Position numbers and translations under genes: made by a program. A stretch of 64,000 bases of DNA from Dendrobates tinctorius (Eukaryota): the NCBI RefSeq assembly GCF_039654945.1, contig NW_027361801.1:2728001-2792000 (forward strand), given 5' to 3'. The notes under the pieces are model-generated. The model was not told the origin of the DNA and did not search any database. It saw only the letters and a program-made list of their open reading frames with translations. Position 1 is the first letter of the stretch; each line of letters begins with the position of its first letter. Below, in pieces: positions 11,440 to 24,911 of the stretch.

Positions 11440-12890
11440 TTTTACATGCAAGTCTGAGGTATGTAGAGGCTGCTCACACTGACGTCCACCATGTTTATCT
11501 GATCTAATACTCAAGATACCAGGGTTGTTGAGGTAAGAAGAGGCTGCTCACACTGCTGTCCACCTTGTTTCTGATCTAATACTGGAGATACCAGGGGTGC
11601 TGAGGTAAGAAGAGGCTGCTCACACTGCCGTCCTCTCTGTCTATGTGATCTAATACAGGAGATACCAGGGGTGCTGAGGTAAGAAGAGGCTGCTCACAGA
11701 GCAGTCCTCCCTGTCTATCTGGTCTAATACTGGAGATACCAGGAGTGTTGAGGTAAGCAGATGCTGCTCTCACTGTAGTCCACCCTGTCTGTCTGATCTA
11801 ATACTGGAGATTGCAGGGTGCTGAGGTAAGATGTGGCTGCTCACACTGCTATCCTCCCTGTCTATCTGATTTAATACTGGATATACAGGAGTGCTGAAGT
11901 AAGAATAGGCTGCTAACACTGCTGTCCACCCTGTCTATCTGATCTAATACTGAAGATACCAGAGGTGTTGAGGTAAGAAGAGGCTGCTGACACTGCTGTC
12001 CTCCCTGTCAATCTCATCTAATACTGGAGATACCAGGAGTGCTAAGGTAAGAAGAGGTTGCTCAAACTGCTGTCCCCCTTGTCTATCTGATCTAAAACTG
12101 GAGATTACAGGGTGCTGAGGTAAGATGAGGCTGCTCACACTGCTATCCTGTCTATCTGATTTAATACTGGAGATGCAAGGGTGCTGAGGTAAGAAAAGGC
12201 TGCTCACACTGCTGTACACCCTGTCTATCTGAAATAATACTGGCAACACTGGACTGGCCATCTGGCAATTCTGACAAATGCCAGAAGGGCCTGTTTGGTC
12301 GTGAGCCACCTTGTCTGCTACTCTGCTAACAGAATCGGTGTTCTCAAGACACCCATATTGTTAAGAGTTGTGACGGAGCACAAAGTCGCTGACTCCGTCA
12401 CTTACCCCGTCAGGCTGCGGGTATCATTAGAAATATTGGTCTTGTAGTAAATCTTGCTTTCCCTCCATCCAGGGTAATATTATTAATATATATCCTCATC
12501 TCATACTTGGGGACGAGGACAACATGGGCCTGTGTGATTACAAATGCCAGGGCTGAATTTCAGGCCCAGTCCGTACCTGAACACTGGAGATACCAGGGGT
12601 GCTGAGGTAAGAAGAGTGTGCTCACACTGCTGTCCACACTGTCTATATGATCTAATACTGGAGATACCAGGGGTGCTGAGGTAAGAAGAGGCTGCTCACA
12701 CTGCTGTCCACCTTGTCTATCTGATCTAAAACTGGAGATTACAGGGTGCTGAGGTAAGATGACACTGCTGTCTACCCTATCTTTCTGATCTAATACTGGA
12801 GATAGCAGGAGTGCTGAGGTAAGAAGAGACTGCTCACACTGCTGTCCAGTCTGTCTGTTATACTAATGGAGATAACAGGGGTGTTGTGGT
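11440..12890. repeat. 74-bp tandem minisatellite (~15 units), interrupted by a MITE
   Basis: Unit ~ctgatctaatactggagataccaggggtgctgaggtaagaagaggctgctcacactgctgtccaccctgtctat; period 74 measured between 11571 and 11645. Confidence 0.9.
12244..12579. mobile_element. hAT-type MITE (336 bp) inserted in the minisatellite
   Basis: 8-bp TSD aatactgg (12236-43) / aacactgg (12580-87); imperfect TIRs CA..GGACTGG / CCAGTCC..TG. Confidence 0.75.
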
Positions 12891-13681
12891 ATGAAGATGG
12901 CCAGTGTGAACAAGCTCCAATATTTTGCATCCATACCAACTTATATTTCAGTTCAGTTTTCGGTTAAGTTTTTTCCCAGTTAAGTTTCTGATTGCTAAAC
13001 AACTGCTGGGACCTGCAAATAATATACTATGCAATCTCCAGGTCACAGAAGTGGAGCTACTAACTGCACATGCATTAATATTCTAGGACAGATTCTTGTC
13101 AGTGTAACTAGATGGGGCTGTTTTAATGTGCAATAATGATTATCTCCCTAAATGTTGCAAGTGGGGAAATGTGATTGGTAAATTACAGGTAATTAGCAAT
13201 TTAATCATAATTACATTTTCTATCTTTTCTATTTTTAATTCCTTGAGAACAACTTTACATGAAGGAGAAGGTGGGAGATTAATAATACAAATATATTTTA
13301 TCATTGGTCTTCATCAGTTGCCCTACCGTAAAATCCATCCTCATCAGCAGCATGACTGAAGACATTGATGCCTAGAACACAACTCTTGTAAGATCCATCA
13401 CTAAATAAAATTAAGGTGTGCAAATGGCCGCTTAGATTAATAAAAAAGATGTTTAATTGTAGATATTCAGATTAAGCATTTAGGCAACCGAGCAAGCAAT
13501 GTCAGAAGACAAGAGGTCACCCCTTCTCTGATAGTATGGTCCAGCCATGGAACCAGGACTGAAGAGGTGGATCCATGCCTGATCATTAGGTGGTATTTGC
13601 TTCTGGCACTTAAGCTGGCCATAAACATTAGAGATTAGTTGAACCTACAAAATGTTGGCTGAATCACCTTAATGGGACTAA

Positions 13682-14263
13682 AGCCCCCCGTCACAAGTTT
13701 TGTGACGCAACAGCGATCTCAACAGTGAGATCGCTGTGTGTGACATCGATCAGCGACCGCCCCCCTGCCGGGTATCGCTGATTGCTGTGGAAATGTCTGG
13801 ACATTTTTTTGATCGCTGGTCTCCCGTTGACCAGCACGCATCGCTGCGTGTGACAGGCGGGAGACCAGCGATCAGCGAGCTGGTGCTGGTAACTAAGGTA
13901 AACGTCGGGTTTCTAAGCGGCGCGCGGCACCTAGAAACCTGATGTGTACCTTAGTTACCAGCGCGCTGATGCAGGGAGCTGGTAACCAAGGTACACATCA
14001 GGTTTCTAAGTGCCGCGCGCCCCTTAGAAACCCGATGTGTACCTTGGTTACCAGCTCCCTGCATCAGCACGCTGGTAACTAAGATACACTGTGGGTAACT
14101 AAGCGACGTGTGCCACTTGTTACCCAAGTGTCGCTGGTGCTGATCGCTGGTGAAGCTGCCTGTTTGACAGCCCACCAGCGATCATGTAGCGACAGACCAG
14201 CGATCCTGACAAGATCGTTTCGTTGTCGGGATCGCTGGTGCATCACTATGTGTGACGGGGCCC
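13682..14263. mobile_element. PIF/Harbinger-type MITE
   Basis: Ends CCCCGTCACA...TGTGACGGGGCCC, flanked by TAA/TTA; internal palindromes. Confidence 0.8.
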
Positions 14264-17254
14264 TTATAGATAAGGATTGGGCTGTTGGATTTCAAGCATC
14301 CCCTTTTGTTTTCAAGAGAGATAAAGTTTTGTTACAGGTGTCCTACAAGGCCTGCCTCTTTTCTAGCCATTCAGAACACATGCATGCTTGGCTAAACTGA
14401 TAATGCTTTTGTACGAGAGGTCAGATGGGCTAGTTTTTTGACCAATGAAAGTTTATTCCTGGTAGTTATTTAAAGCATTGACTATGTATGTAAGGTTCGC
14501 CAGATCAAATTTCGGTGGACTTGCTGATCAACTAATGTGCTTCTCAGATGTCAAGGGAAAAAAAAAAGAAAATTTCCAGTAGAAGATTTTTGCATTTCTG
14601 GTTCTTTGTTCTTGTGGGAGACAGGCCACTTTCAGAGAGGAGTCTGGCAGTGACTTCTCATTTCTCCATTAAAATTTGTGCATGCTTGGCTGACAGATAT
14701 CCATTGTGTATGGTCACCTTTATTGTTGTAGAAATGTAAGTTTGCTGAAAGTGGAAGATATCTGATTGTTGAGAGTTCCTCTATGGCTTCTTGAAACCCG
14801 TATAACCCTGAGGTAGACCGAATAAAAAAATGAGCCTCAGGGGCAAACACCCGAGAACACTGGATATCAATTTCATATATCATTGGCTCAATTAACAAAT
14901 GTTTCCTACAAGATCATCAGGTGTTTTTGCAACAATTTCTCTTCTAGAATGATCTAAAACCTACCCCAGCCTTTTTAATGAGGGTGTGATAGCTTCTCGT
15001 TAATTCCTCTCGGGGGGTGTGGTTGCAGAAACATAGTTTCTTGTCAGTCTGTTTGCCACCCAATGCCTGTCTAACCTGCCCGGCAACATTTCCCTTGGCC
15101 GAGAAGAAACCAAATAAAATCGCTGTAGATCTCCAGCATACTCTGTGTAGATAGGATGTGCTCCATGCAGAGAAATAGGGAAATGCTGCAATCGTCATTG
15201 ACGACTTTTGACTTTCTGTGCTGTTGCACATTAGTAGAATTAGTGATATACATCTGGCAGAAAAAACCCCCATTTCATATTAACATTTTGGATCCATTTT
15301 ACAGCACATATTTTGGCACTAAGATGACATTCAACAAGGGGTGGCCATATTATTGGTGCCTCAAGAGGGCCCGAGAGGTAAGGGGGTCCATTTCCACCTC
15401 CAAAGCTGGAGAAATTTTGCATTATGATGAGCTATTGGACTATAATGGACCCATATACTGTTCTTGTACAGGGGCCCTTTTCCACCAGTGCATTCAGCAG
15501 GGTACTCCACTGGTTGCACAACGACGTTCCATCAGTGTGACCTATCTACATGTAGTCAAATAGTTCCGACATTGCGTACACACCAGATGGAAAATGAGAG
15601 GAAAATATCTACAGCTAATCTTTGGGTGCCGATTTTGCTGACAAATTTAAGCAGAACTGAATTACAAAATTACACTGTGTACTACAGTATCAGAATTGTG
15701 GGTGAGATATTAAAAAACAGTACCAGGTGGTAGGCTAAATGGAAGTTTCCAGGACTTTGATATGAACGGCCTATCCATACAAAAAGTGGTGGTCTAACGC
15801 TTGGAACCCCCGTCGATCAGCTGTTTGCATCCCCAATCATTGTGTAATTTCCATTCTCTGGTACTACAGTTGGGCTCATATTGAAGGAAATGGGTTAACA
15901 GTCTTTTGTAGTGTCATCACTGGGCAATTAATGTTTGTACATGGACTTAAGCTGGCCAAACCCATCAGATAGATGTATGAAGAATCCCCCACACACGTGT
16001 ACATTTATCTCAGGCCTTTAAGACCTACGCTGACCATATACATGATAGCTGCAAAGATTAGTTTTGCAGACAACTTTCTCTACCAACTCCCCTATGCACA
16101 TGTATGTTTGGCTTGGCCGAGCACTCTGGTGTTTGTTTTAGGACTTGTTGCAATGGATGAGGAATATGGTGGTTCAGAGTCCATGCTGCCCAAGGTTCAA
16201 AGATACAATCACACACGAAGGTGAAGGTGATTTTCTTAGGACTCATGCAGACGATCATATTTTTGGTCCTAGTGCGAATCGACAAACGTTTGGATCTCAA
16301 TCAGACCAATGTTATTTTATGGGGCGGTGCACATGTTGGATCTTCTCTCTGGACCAAGTCTACTACAAGAATAAAATTGCAGCATGCACAATTTGCATCA
16401 GTAAATCGGATCACACTCACCAATGCAAGTCAATGGGGCTGTAAAAAAAAATCGGACTGTATTTGAATGCCATTCGAGGGCAGTTTAATTTTCACAGACT
16501 GACAGAATGGAGACTTTTTTTTCATCTTCTTCACATCTGAGAAAATAGGATCATACTTTGATCAAGCTCTAAACAGACACCATTAGCAGCGACTCACCTC
16601 CCTTGAAAACAAGAGGATCAACCATAGAAAATGCAACGGCCTGATTCTTCTCTCCCCCAACATTATTTGTTGGGGAAGATTTATACAAATCAGATGATCA
16701 GTCGGTTCCATTGAAACCGGCAGGCTCAGCCGATTTTCACCCGGTGTGTGTGGGGACCGAGGCACTAATCTTGCTGACCAGACCACCAAAAATGAGGTTA
16801 TTCATCAGGCTCCAAGTCAATATCACTGATATGTCGCCAGATACACACTGACGCCATCACCAACAGATACTATATGATTCACCAAGAAAGTAATCTCCTG
16901 TGAATGAGGATATTAACAAACCTGATATCTGACAATCACTGCTAATAATACCCTGCAGTGACCGGAATTAGGTGGATGTCTGCAGCAGGAATGTTTGAGG
17001 GATAAAATGAACTATGGAGGTAAGTGAGTATTTTGCACACCTGCGTCATGACTGTGCACTCCAGATCACATCAGACAGTCCAGGCCGGTGATACTTTGAT
17101 GCAATGCTTTCATTAGAGGTTTCAGTCAAGTAGTACAATGTTATCTGCAGAACAGCCAGAAAATACAATAGTGATTATTAAAAAGTGAGCAATTAAAGAA
17201 AAACTTAGCAAAATCCATTTTTCAATAAGTATAGTGCCAAGGGGGCGGGGAAAG

Positions 17255-17895
17255 TGTGACGGACACCGTAACAGACTTACCCCCTGAGACTGTCCGAGTG
17301 TCCGAGGACGTGCTGGGAAAACCAGGAACTCCTGCTGTGATGTGAGATGCTGTTGTGAGCATGCCAGAAGGTGAACAGGACCTGCAGCACGTGACCACCG
17401 TGGGAGTGGATGGAGGTGGGGATAGGTCCTGAACTCCCAGGGATGATGACAGGACCCGGGGAAGCTGGGAGAAGTGTCAGGTGAGCCGAGGTCAGACCAA
17501 AGGACAGCATGGTAGCCAAGGCGAGAGACAAATAGCATGGTAAGAGACAAGCCGGGGTCAGAGCCAGAGAGAGACACGAGGTACCAGAAGGAATAACGAG
17601 CAGGAAGTCGGGGGACAAAGCAGAGATCAAAACCAAGAGTATCACGAGAAGTACCGAATCAGGAGACAAATGCAAAAACGGGGAACAGATCAGGTCATAC
17701 ATAAGCACGCAAACAGCAGGAATAAGCAATACCCACAGGTATTCATGGGGTCAGATGCTCAGCCGAGATCAGATGTATAACTGACAACGGGCACAGCACA
17801 GGGGCGGTTAAATATAACCCTCTCCAACCCAAAGAGAGGCCACATAACATTAACCCTAGAAGTACTGCCAAAGAAATCCAGAGCAAACCATGACA
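17255..17895. mobile_element. Solo LTR (641 bp)
   Basis: TGTGAC...ATGACA ends; perfect 5-bp TSD GAAAG at 17250-54 and 17896-900; TATA-like aaatataa near 17810. Confidence 0.88.
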
Positions 17896-18553
17896 GAAAG
17901 TCTCTCTTTTTAGTAGTCATGCACCGCCCCTGAGGTTCTGCATAAGGTATAATGCATACATTTTAGTATGGTATTCCTATACTTGCACTCAAATTATCTC
18001 TCCTCCAAAAGGAAGAACGCTGGATTTCTTGTGCCACCCATAGAAGGTAGTTCCCCTATAAGGCAACGTCCGACCCCTTAACAGTCCACAAGGAAAAACA
18101 GTCCTCCCTAAATCTCCATCAAAAATCTCTATCCCGGGCCAACCAGTACAGTACTCTACACTGACAAGGAGCAAGAACCCCAAACAGCTGTCGGTAGATG
18201 GATGTCTTTTCAATTTTTAGTACACCCTATATGGAAAGGTCAGATATCAACCTATTGGTGATGATGTCACTCGAAAGAGGCAGGTTTCTTCCTCTTGGAG
18301 GAGCGCTACCTTGCATACTGTTTTCTAGGGAGCATTCCACTGGTTTAGACTAGCAGAACCAGTACCCCCCTAAACCAAAGAAAACATGACATATACAAAT
18401 AAAATCATCTTTCCTATGAAACATACTTGGTTCTGTAAAACTCTGGGTGGCTACTACCATAGTGACCATTACAGCTTCTCCCACAGGACTCCTTAATATG
18501 CCTAGTACTGCAATTTTAGGATGCTCCGTTCAGAAGGGTAGTTCTTGCAACGT

Positions 18554-19084
18554 GTCAGGATCGCTGGTGAGTCGCTACATGATCGCTGGTGAGCTGTCAA
18601 ACAGACAGCTTCACCAGCTATCAGGACCAGCGACGCCGAGCGCACGTCGTTGCTGTGTACTTTAGTTACCAGAGCGCTGATGCAGGGAGCTGGTAACTAG
18701 GGTACACATCGGGTTTCTAAGGGACGTGCGTCGCTTAGAAACCCGATGTGTACCTTAGTTACCAGCCCCCTGCATCAGCACGCTGGTAACTAAGGTACAC
18801 AGAGGGTTTCTAAGCACAGCGCCGTGCTTAGAAACCCTGCGTTTACCTTAGTTACCAGCTGATCACTGGTCTCCCGCCTGTCACACGCAGCGATGCGTGC
18901 TGGCCAGCGGGAGACCAGCGACCAAAAAAATGTCCAGGGCTTTCCAACAGCGATACTGGCAGGGGGGGCCGGTCGCTGATCGCTGTCACACACAGCGATC
19001 TCGCTGGTGAGATTGCTGTTACGTCACAAAACTTGTGACTCTGCAGTGATCTCGCTAGCGAGATCACTATGTGTGACGGGGCCC
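18554..19084. mobile_element. PIF/Harbinger-type MITE, same family as 13682-14263, inverted, one end truncated
   Basis: Reverse-complement similarity to the 13.7-kb copy; ends TGTGACGGGGCCC-TTA. Confidence 0.8.
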
Positions 19085-19654
19085 TTATCCTTTCTATAGA
19101 AGATAACATATTAACTTGACACAAAACTTTAAATAAGTGCTGCTATACCTGCTGTACTATTGATCACTGCTCGCTGGGCAGAAATCTGCTACTGGTAACC
19201 CTCGAGGCCATTAAAAGACTGCTGATTGTCTACATAGAAGAGACGGCCTTTTCCAGAGGGCCGTATAACAGTCTGTTTAGACAGGCCAACCACACATCCT
19301 TGCGCACAGAGTGATTATTCTGAGCGCAGATCATTCCATTGTTCTCGGCAGCACTTTTTTTTTATATGGGACAAAGTGCTCCCGAGAACAATGATTTTTA
19401 AGTTTAAAGCACTAAGCACTTCTCCAACAGGTTTTTTTTTTCACCGCTTGAGTAGTGCTTCAAATGTAAGTTCACTGCCCGTCACATACTCACCCTCTTC
19501 AAAACAGACACTTGTTTGTTTTTTACCGTTATCCATTTTTATTGATTTTAGCCTCTTTTATTCTTAAAAAATTTCTCCAGTTAGGCTACGTAGCATTTTG
19601 GTGCATTTTTTCCTGCAGGCAAAACCTATTCTTTTGGCAGTAAAGAAGCTGCTT

Positions 19655-22196
19655 ACAATGGAAAGGACACCATTGTAGGCATTTACTACAGGCCGCCTGT
19701 GCAAGCTGAAGATATGGATGAACTCTTTATGCATCAAATGGCCAAGTTCTCCAAAAAATATGACATAGTTGTCATGGGAGATTTCAACTATCCAGACATT
19801 TGTTGGGAATCTCTCTCAGGCAAAACTAACAGGTCAAGGAAATTCTTATCCTCTCTTGCTGACAACTTTATCTTCCAAAAGGTAGGGGAGAAAACAAGGG
19901 GAACTGCTACCTTGGATCTAATCCTTATAAACAGGGAGGAAATGGTTGAGGAGGTAAAAGTGGCTGGAACCCTAGGAGGTAGCGACCATGCTATTTTAGA
20001 ATTTTGGATAACTAGAGGCGGAAGACCTGTGAAGACTCAGACGTCAAGGTTAGATTTCAGAAAGGCAGATTTTAAGGGATTCAGAAAGAGAATTGGAGGG
20101 ATCCAATGGCTGGATATCCTTAAAGACAAAAATGTCCAGGATGGATGGGAAATCTTGAAAAATAAAATTCTCAAAGCACAGTTGTTAACAATTCCGAAAA
20201 GAGGGAAGAATAGGAAGCATTTAAGGAAACCAGGATGGGTGAACACAGAACTTAAGCACATGCTAAAAAGGAAGAAAAAAATGTTTATAAAATGGAAAGA
20301 GGGAGGCATATCTAAAGAAGAATATAATGCTGTCTGCAGAACCTGCAGGGCACAAATCAGATTATCTAAAGCTGAAAATGAATTGAGGCTTGCAAGAGAT
20401 GTCAAAAGCAATAATAAAGGATTTTGGGGATATGTCAAAAGTAAAAGAAAAGTCAAAGATGCTATAGGATTTTTACAGGATGAAAATGATGAAATGGTAA
20501 GACAGGATGTTGAGAAGGCTGAACTTTTAAATTCCTATTTTGCATCTGTTTTCTCTCAGAAAGGAAATGTAACACCAACTGTTATTCACTGTCCTATTAA
20601 GGGAATAGAAGAATCCAGGATATCTATAAACAGAAAGATAGTGAGGAAACACTTAGCTAACCTAAATGAATTCAAGTCTCCAGGTCCAGATGAATTACAC
20701 CCCAGAGTACTGAAGGAGATAGCAGAAGAAATTTTTGAACCCCTCTCCATAATCTTTGAAAATTCTTGGAGAACAGGAGAAGTGCCAGAAGACTGGAGAA
20801 GAGCAAATGTTGTTCCTATCTTCAAAAAGGGGAAGAAGGTGGACCCAGGCAACTATAGGCCGGTGAGTCTGACTTCTATACCAGGAAAGATCTTTGAACA
20901 AATTATTAAACAACATGTATGTCAATACCTGGATAAGAATGAAGTGATCAAACAGAGTCAACATGGGTTTGTAACTAATAAGTCATGTCAGACTAACTTA
21001 ATTTCCTTCTATGACGGTATCACTGATTGGGTGGATCAAGGAAATGCTGTAGATATAGTATATCTTGACTTCAGCAAAGCATTTGACAAAGTCTCTCATA
21101 CAATCCTTATTGAAAAAATGACTAAGTATGGAATGGACAAGGCAACTGTTAGGTGGATTCATAACTGGCTTAGTGATCGGACCCAAAGAGTGGTCGTAAA
21201 TGGCTGCACATCCAGTTGGAAGAATGTCTCAAGTGGGGTACCACAGGGCTCTGTCCTGGGCCCTGTATTGTTCAACATCTTTATCAACGATTTAGATGAA
21301 GGAATTGAGGGTAAACTGATTAAATTTGCTGATGACACAAAGCTAGGAGGGATAGCTAATACTAGAGAAGAGAGAGAGAGGATTCAAAAAGATTTAAATA
21401 AACTGGAGAAGTGGGCAGCAACTAACAGAATGGTTTTTAACAGGGAGAAATGCAAAGTACTACATCTGGGCAATAAAAATGAAAAAAGCATATATAGAAT
21501 GGGAGGAATAGGGCTAAGTGACAGCACATGTGAAAAAGACTTGGGTATACTAATAGATCACAGACTGAATATGAGTCAACAGTGTGATGCAGCAGCAAAA
21601 AAGGCAAATGCAATTCTAGGATGTATTAACAGAAGCATACAGTCTAGATCACGTGAAGTCATTATTTCCCTCTACTCCTCTTTGGTCAGACCTCATCTGC
21701 AATATTGTGTCCAGTTTTGGGCACCACATTTTAAAAAAGACATCAACAAACTGGAGCAAGTTCAGAAAAGAGCGACCAGAATGGTGACCGGTCTGCAAAC
21801 CCTGTCTTATGAGGAAAGGTTGCAGGATTTGGGAATGTTTAGTTTGCAAAAGAGAAGACTGAGAGGAGACTTAATAGCTGTCTACAAATATCTAAAGGGC
21901 TGTCACATTGTAGAAGGATCAACTTTATTCTCATTTGCACAAGGAAAGACTAGAAGCAATGGGATGAAACTGAATGGGAGGAGACACAGATTAGATATTA
22001 GAAAAAACTTTTTGACAGTTAGAGTGATCAATGAGTGGAACAGGCTGCCACGAGAAGTGGTGAGTTCTCCTTCAATGGAAGTCTTGAAACAGAGGCTGGA
22101 CAGACATCTGACTGGGATGATTTAGCGAATCCTGCTTTGAGCAGGGGGTTGGACCAGATGGCCCAGGAGGTCCCTTCCAACTCTACGATTCTATGA
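19655..22196 (+). mobile_element. CR1-clade LINE, 5'-truncated
   Basis: Frame begins inside the endonuclease (IYYRPP); 3' end GGTCCCTTCCAACTCTACGATTCTATGA has the CR1 ATTCTRTG tail. Interrupts a MITE. Confidence 0.95.
19699..22125 (+). CDS. CR1 ORF2 (partial APE endonuclease + reverse transcriptase), 808 aa uninterrupted
   Basis: GDFN and SDH endonuclease motifs; GNYRPVSLTS, YLDFSKAFD, GVPQGSVLGP and KFADD RT motifs. The native start and endonuclease N-terminus are missing. Confidence 0.92.
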   Translation: MQAEDMDELFMHQMAKFSKKYDIVVMGDFNYPDICWESLSGKTNRSRKFLSSLADNFIFQKVGEKTRGTATLDLILINREEMVEEVKVAGTLGGSDHAILEFWITRGGRPVKTQTSRLDFRKADFKGFRKRIGGIQWLDILKDKNVQDGWEILKNKILKAQLLTIPKRGKNRKHLRKPGWVNTELKHMLKRKKKMFIKWKEGGISKEEYNAVCRTCRAQIRLSKAENELRLARDVKSNNKGFWGYVKSKRKVKDAIGFLQDENDEMVRQDVEKAELLNSYFASVFSQKGNVTPTVIHCPIKGIEESRISINRKIVRKHLANLNEFKSPGPDELHPRVLKEIAEEIFEPLSIIFENSWRTGEVPEDWRRANVVPIFKKGKKVDPGNYRPVSLTSIPGKIFEQIIKQHVCQYLDKNEVIKQSQHGFVTNKSCQTNLISFYDGITDWVDQGNAVDIVYLDFSKAFDKVSHTILIEKMTKYGMDKATVRWIHNWLSDRTQRVVVNGCTSSWKNVSSGVPQGSVLGPVLFNIFINDLDEGIEGKLIKFADDTKLGGIANTREERERIQKDLNKLEKWAATNRMVFNREKCKVLHLGNKNEKSIYRMGGIGLSDSTCEKDLGILIDHRLNMSQQCDAAAKKANAILGCINRSIQSRSREVIISLYSSLVRPHLQYCVQFWAPHFKKDINKLEQVQKRATRMVTGLQTLSYEERLQDLGMFSLQKRRLRGDLIAVYKYLKGCHIVEGSTLFSFAQGKTRSNGMKLNGRRHRLDIRKNFLTVRVINEWNRLPREVVSSPSMEVLKQRLDRHLTGMI

Positions 22197-22290
22197 AAAG
22201 GCAGGTTGTGCTGCGTTTTTATTGTCTCTTGTGCATGATGATAAAGTTTAGTGTTCCCCCACCCCAAAAAAACATAATGCAACCTCCTTA

Positions 22291-22720
22291 GGCTAGGTTC
22301 ACATTTGCAGTTGAGTCTGCAGCGTATTGTCCGCAACCGCATACAAAAAAACGCATGCATGCGTTTGCGGATGATAGGCAAGTGCTATTTTCCCGGCCAA
22401 TTCTTGAATTTACACAAGCCATGCCCAATGGGCGTGGTTTATGTAAATTCTTGCATTTCCATAGCCAGTAATGCCGTGTTTTTTTATGCACGTCACCCGC
22501 ATGCGGATGACTGCGGATATTTGACGCTGCAGAAAATGCAGCAAGATGCGTTTGGCGCGCCCAGCCGCATACCACGAAAAGACGCAACCGTACACAAACG
22601 CAACCGAGAGCATACAAACGCATGTCCCTGCGTTCCCCATGTTAAGGATAGGTACGCAGGATGCATGCAGATGTATGCGCATCAAACGCAGAGGACTAAA
22701 CCGTAAATGTGAAACCGGTC
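22291..22720. mobile_element. Harbinger-type MITE
   Basis: TTA TSD on both sides; GGCTAGGTTCACATTT / AAATGTGAAACCGGTC termini. Confidence 0.75.
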
Positions 22721-23276
22721 TTAGGCTTTTGCCCCAAGAACGCAGCAAAATAGGATACCTGCTTTTTTGCACTTACTCACTGTTTTCTATGGGTGAAAAA
22801 ACGCTGAAAGAAGCGACATGCTGAAGTTTGCAAAAACGTAGCAGTTTTCCAAATCAGTCAGGAAGAAAAAAAAATAGTGTGTGCATGCGATTTCCAAAAA
22901 TCTCCTAGCCTTTGCTGGTAGGGTAAAACATAGCTTAAAATTTGGGTAAAAGAAGCAGCAAAAAAAAAATGCAGCAAAATTGCAACGTGTGAACATAGTC
23001 TTAAAGTGAAAGCGTTTTGCTCATGGGTAAAAATTTTTCTTAAACTTATAGATTGTATAGGAAATACTTCTAAATGTGCATTAACACAAATAAACTGGTT
23101 AATCCGGGTCATCGACTGAAATTACCGTTCAAAGCAGTGGTCTCGGCAGCACGCCCTGACTACTGCTCTGCAGCTGCACGCACATGTAGTTCTTGTGAGC
23201 TACAGACCATTACTGCCATATAGGAATGTACCCCAAGGGACCTGGGACAAATACATTATTTTTTTTAGGGCAGATA

Positions 23277-24911
<1,635 letters not shown>

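Noticed and set aside
11440-12890. CRISPR-like array
   Set aside because: Eukaryotic context, contiguous tandem units with no unique spacers, no cas genes.
17008-17026. Plus-strand ATG...GAG|GTAAGT mini-exon
   Set aside because: No supporting promoter or downstream exons identified.
17122-17729. 150-aa ORFs on the minus strand
   Set aside because: They lie within the solo LTR and reflect its strand-biased composition.
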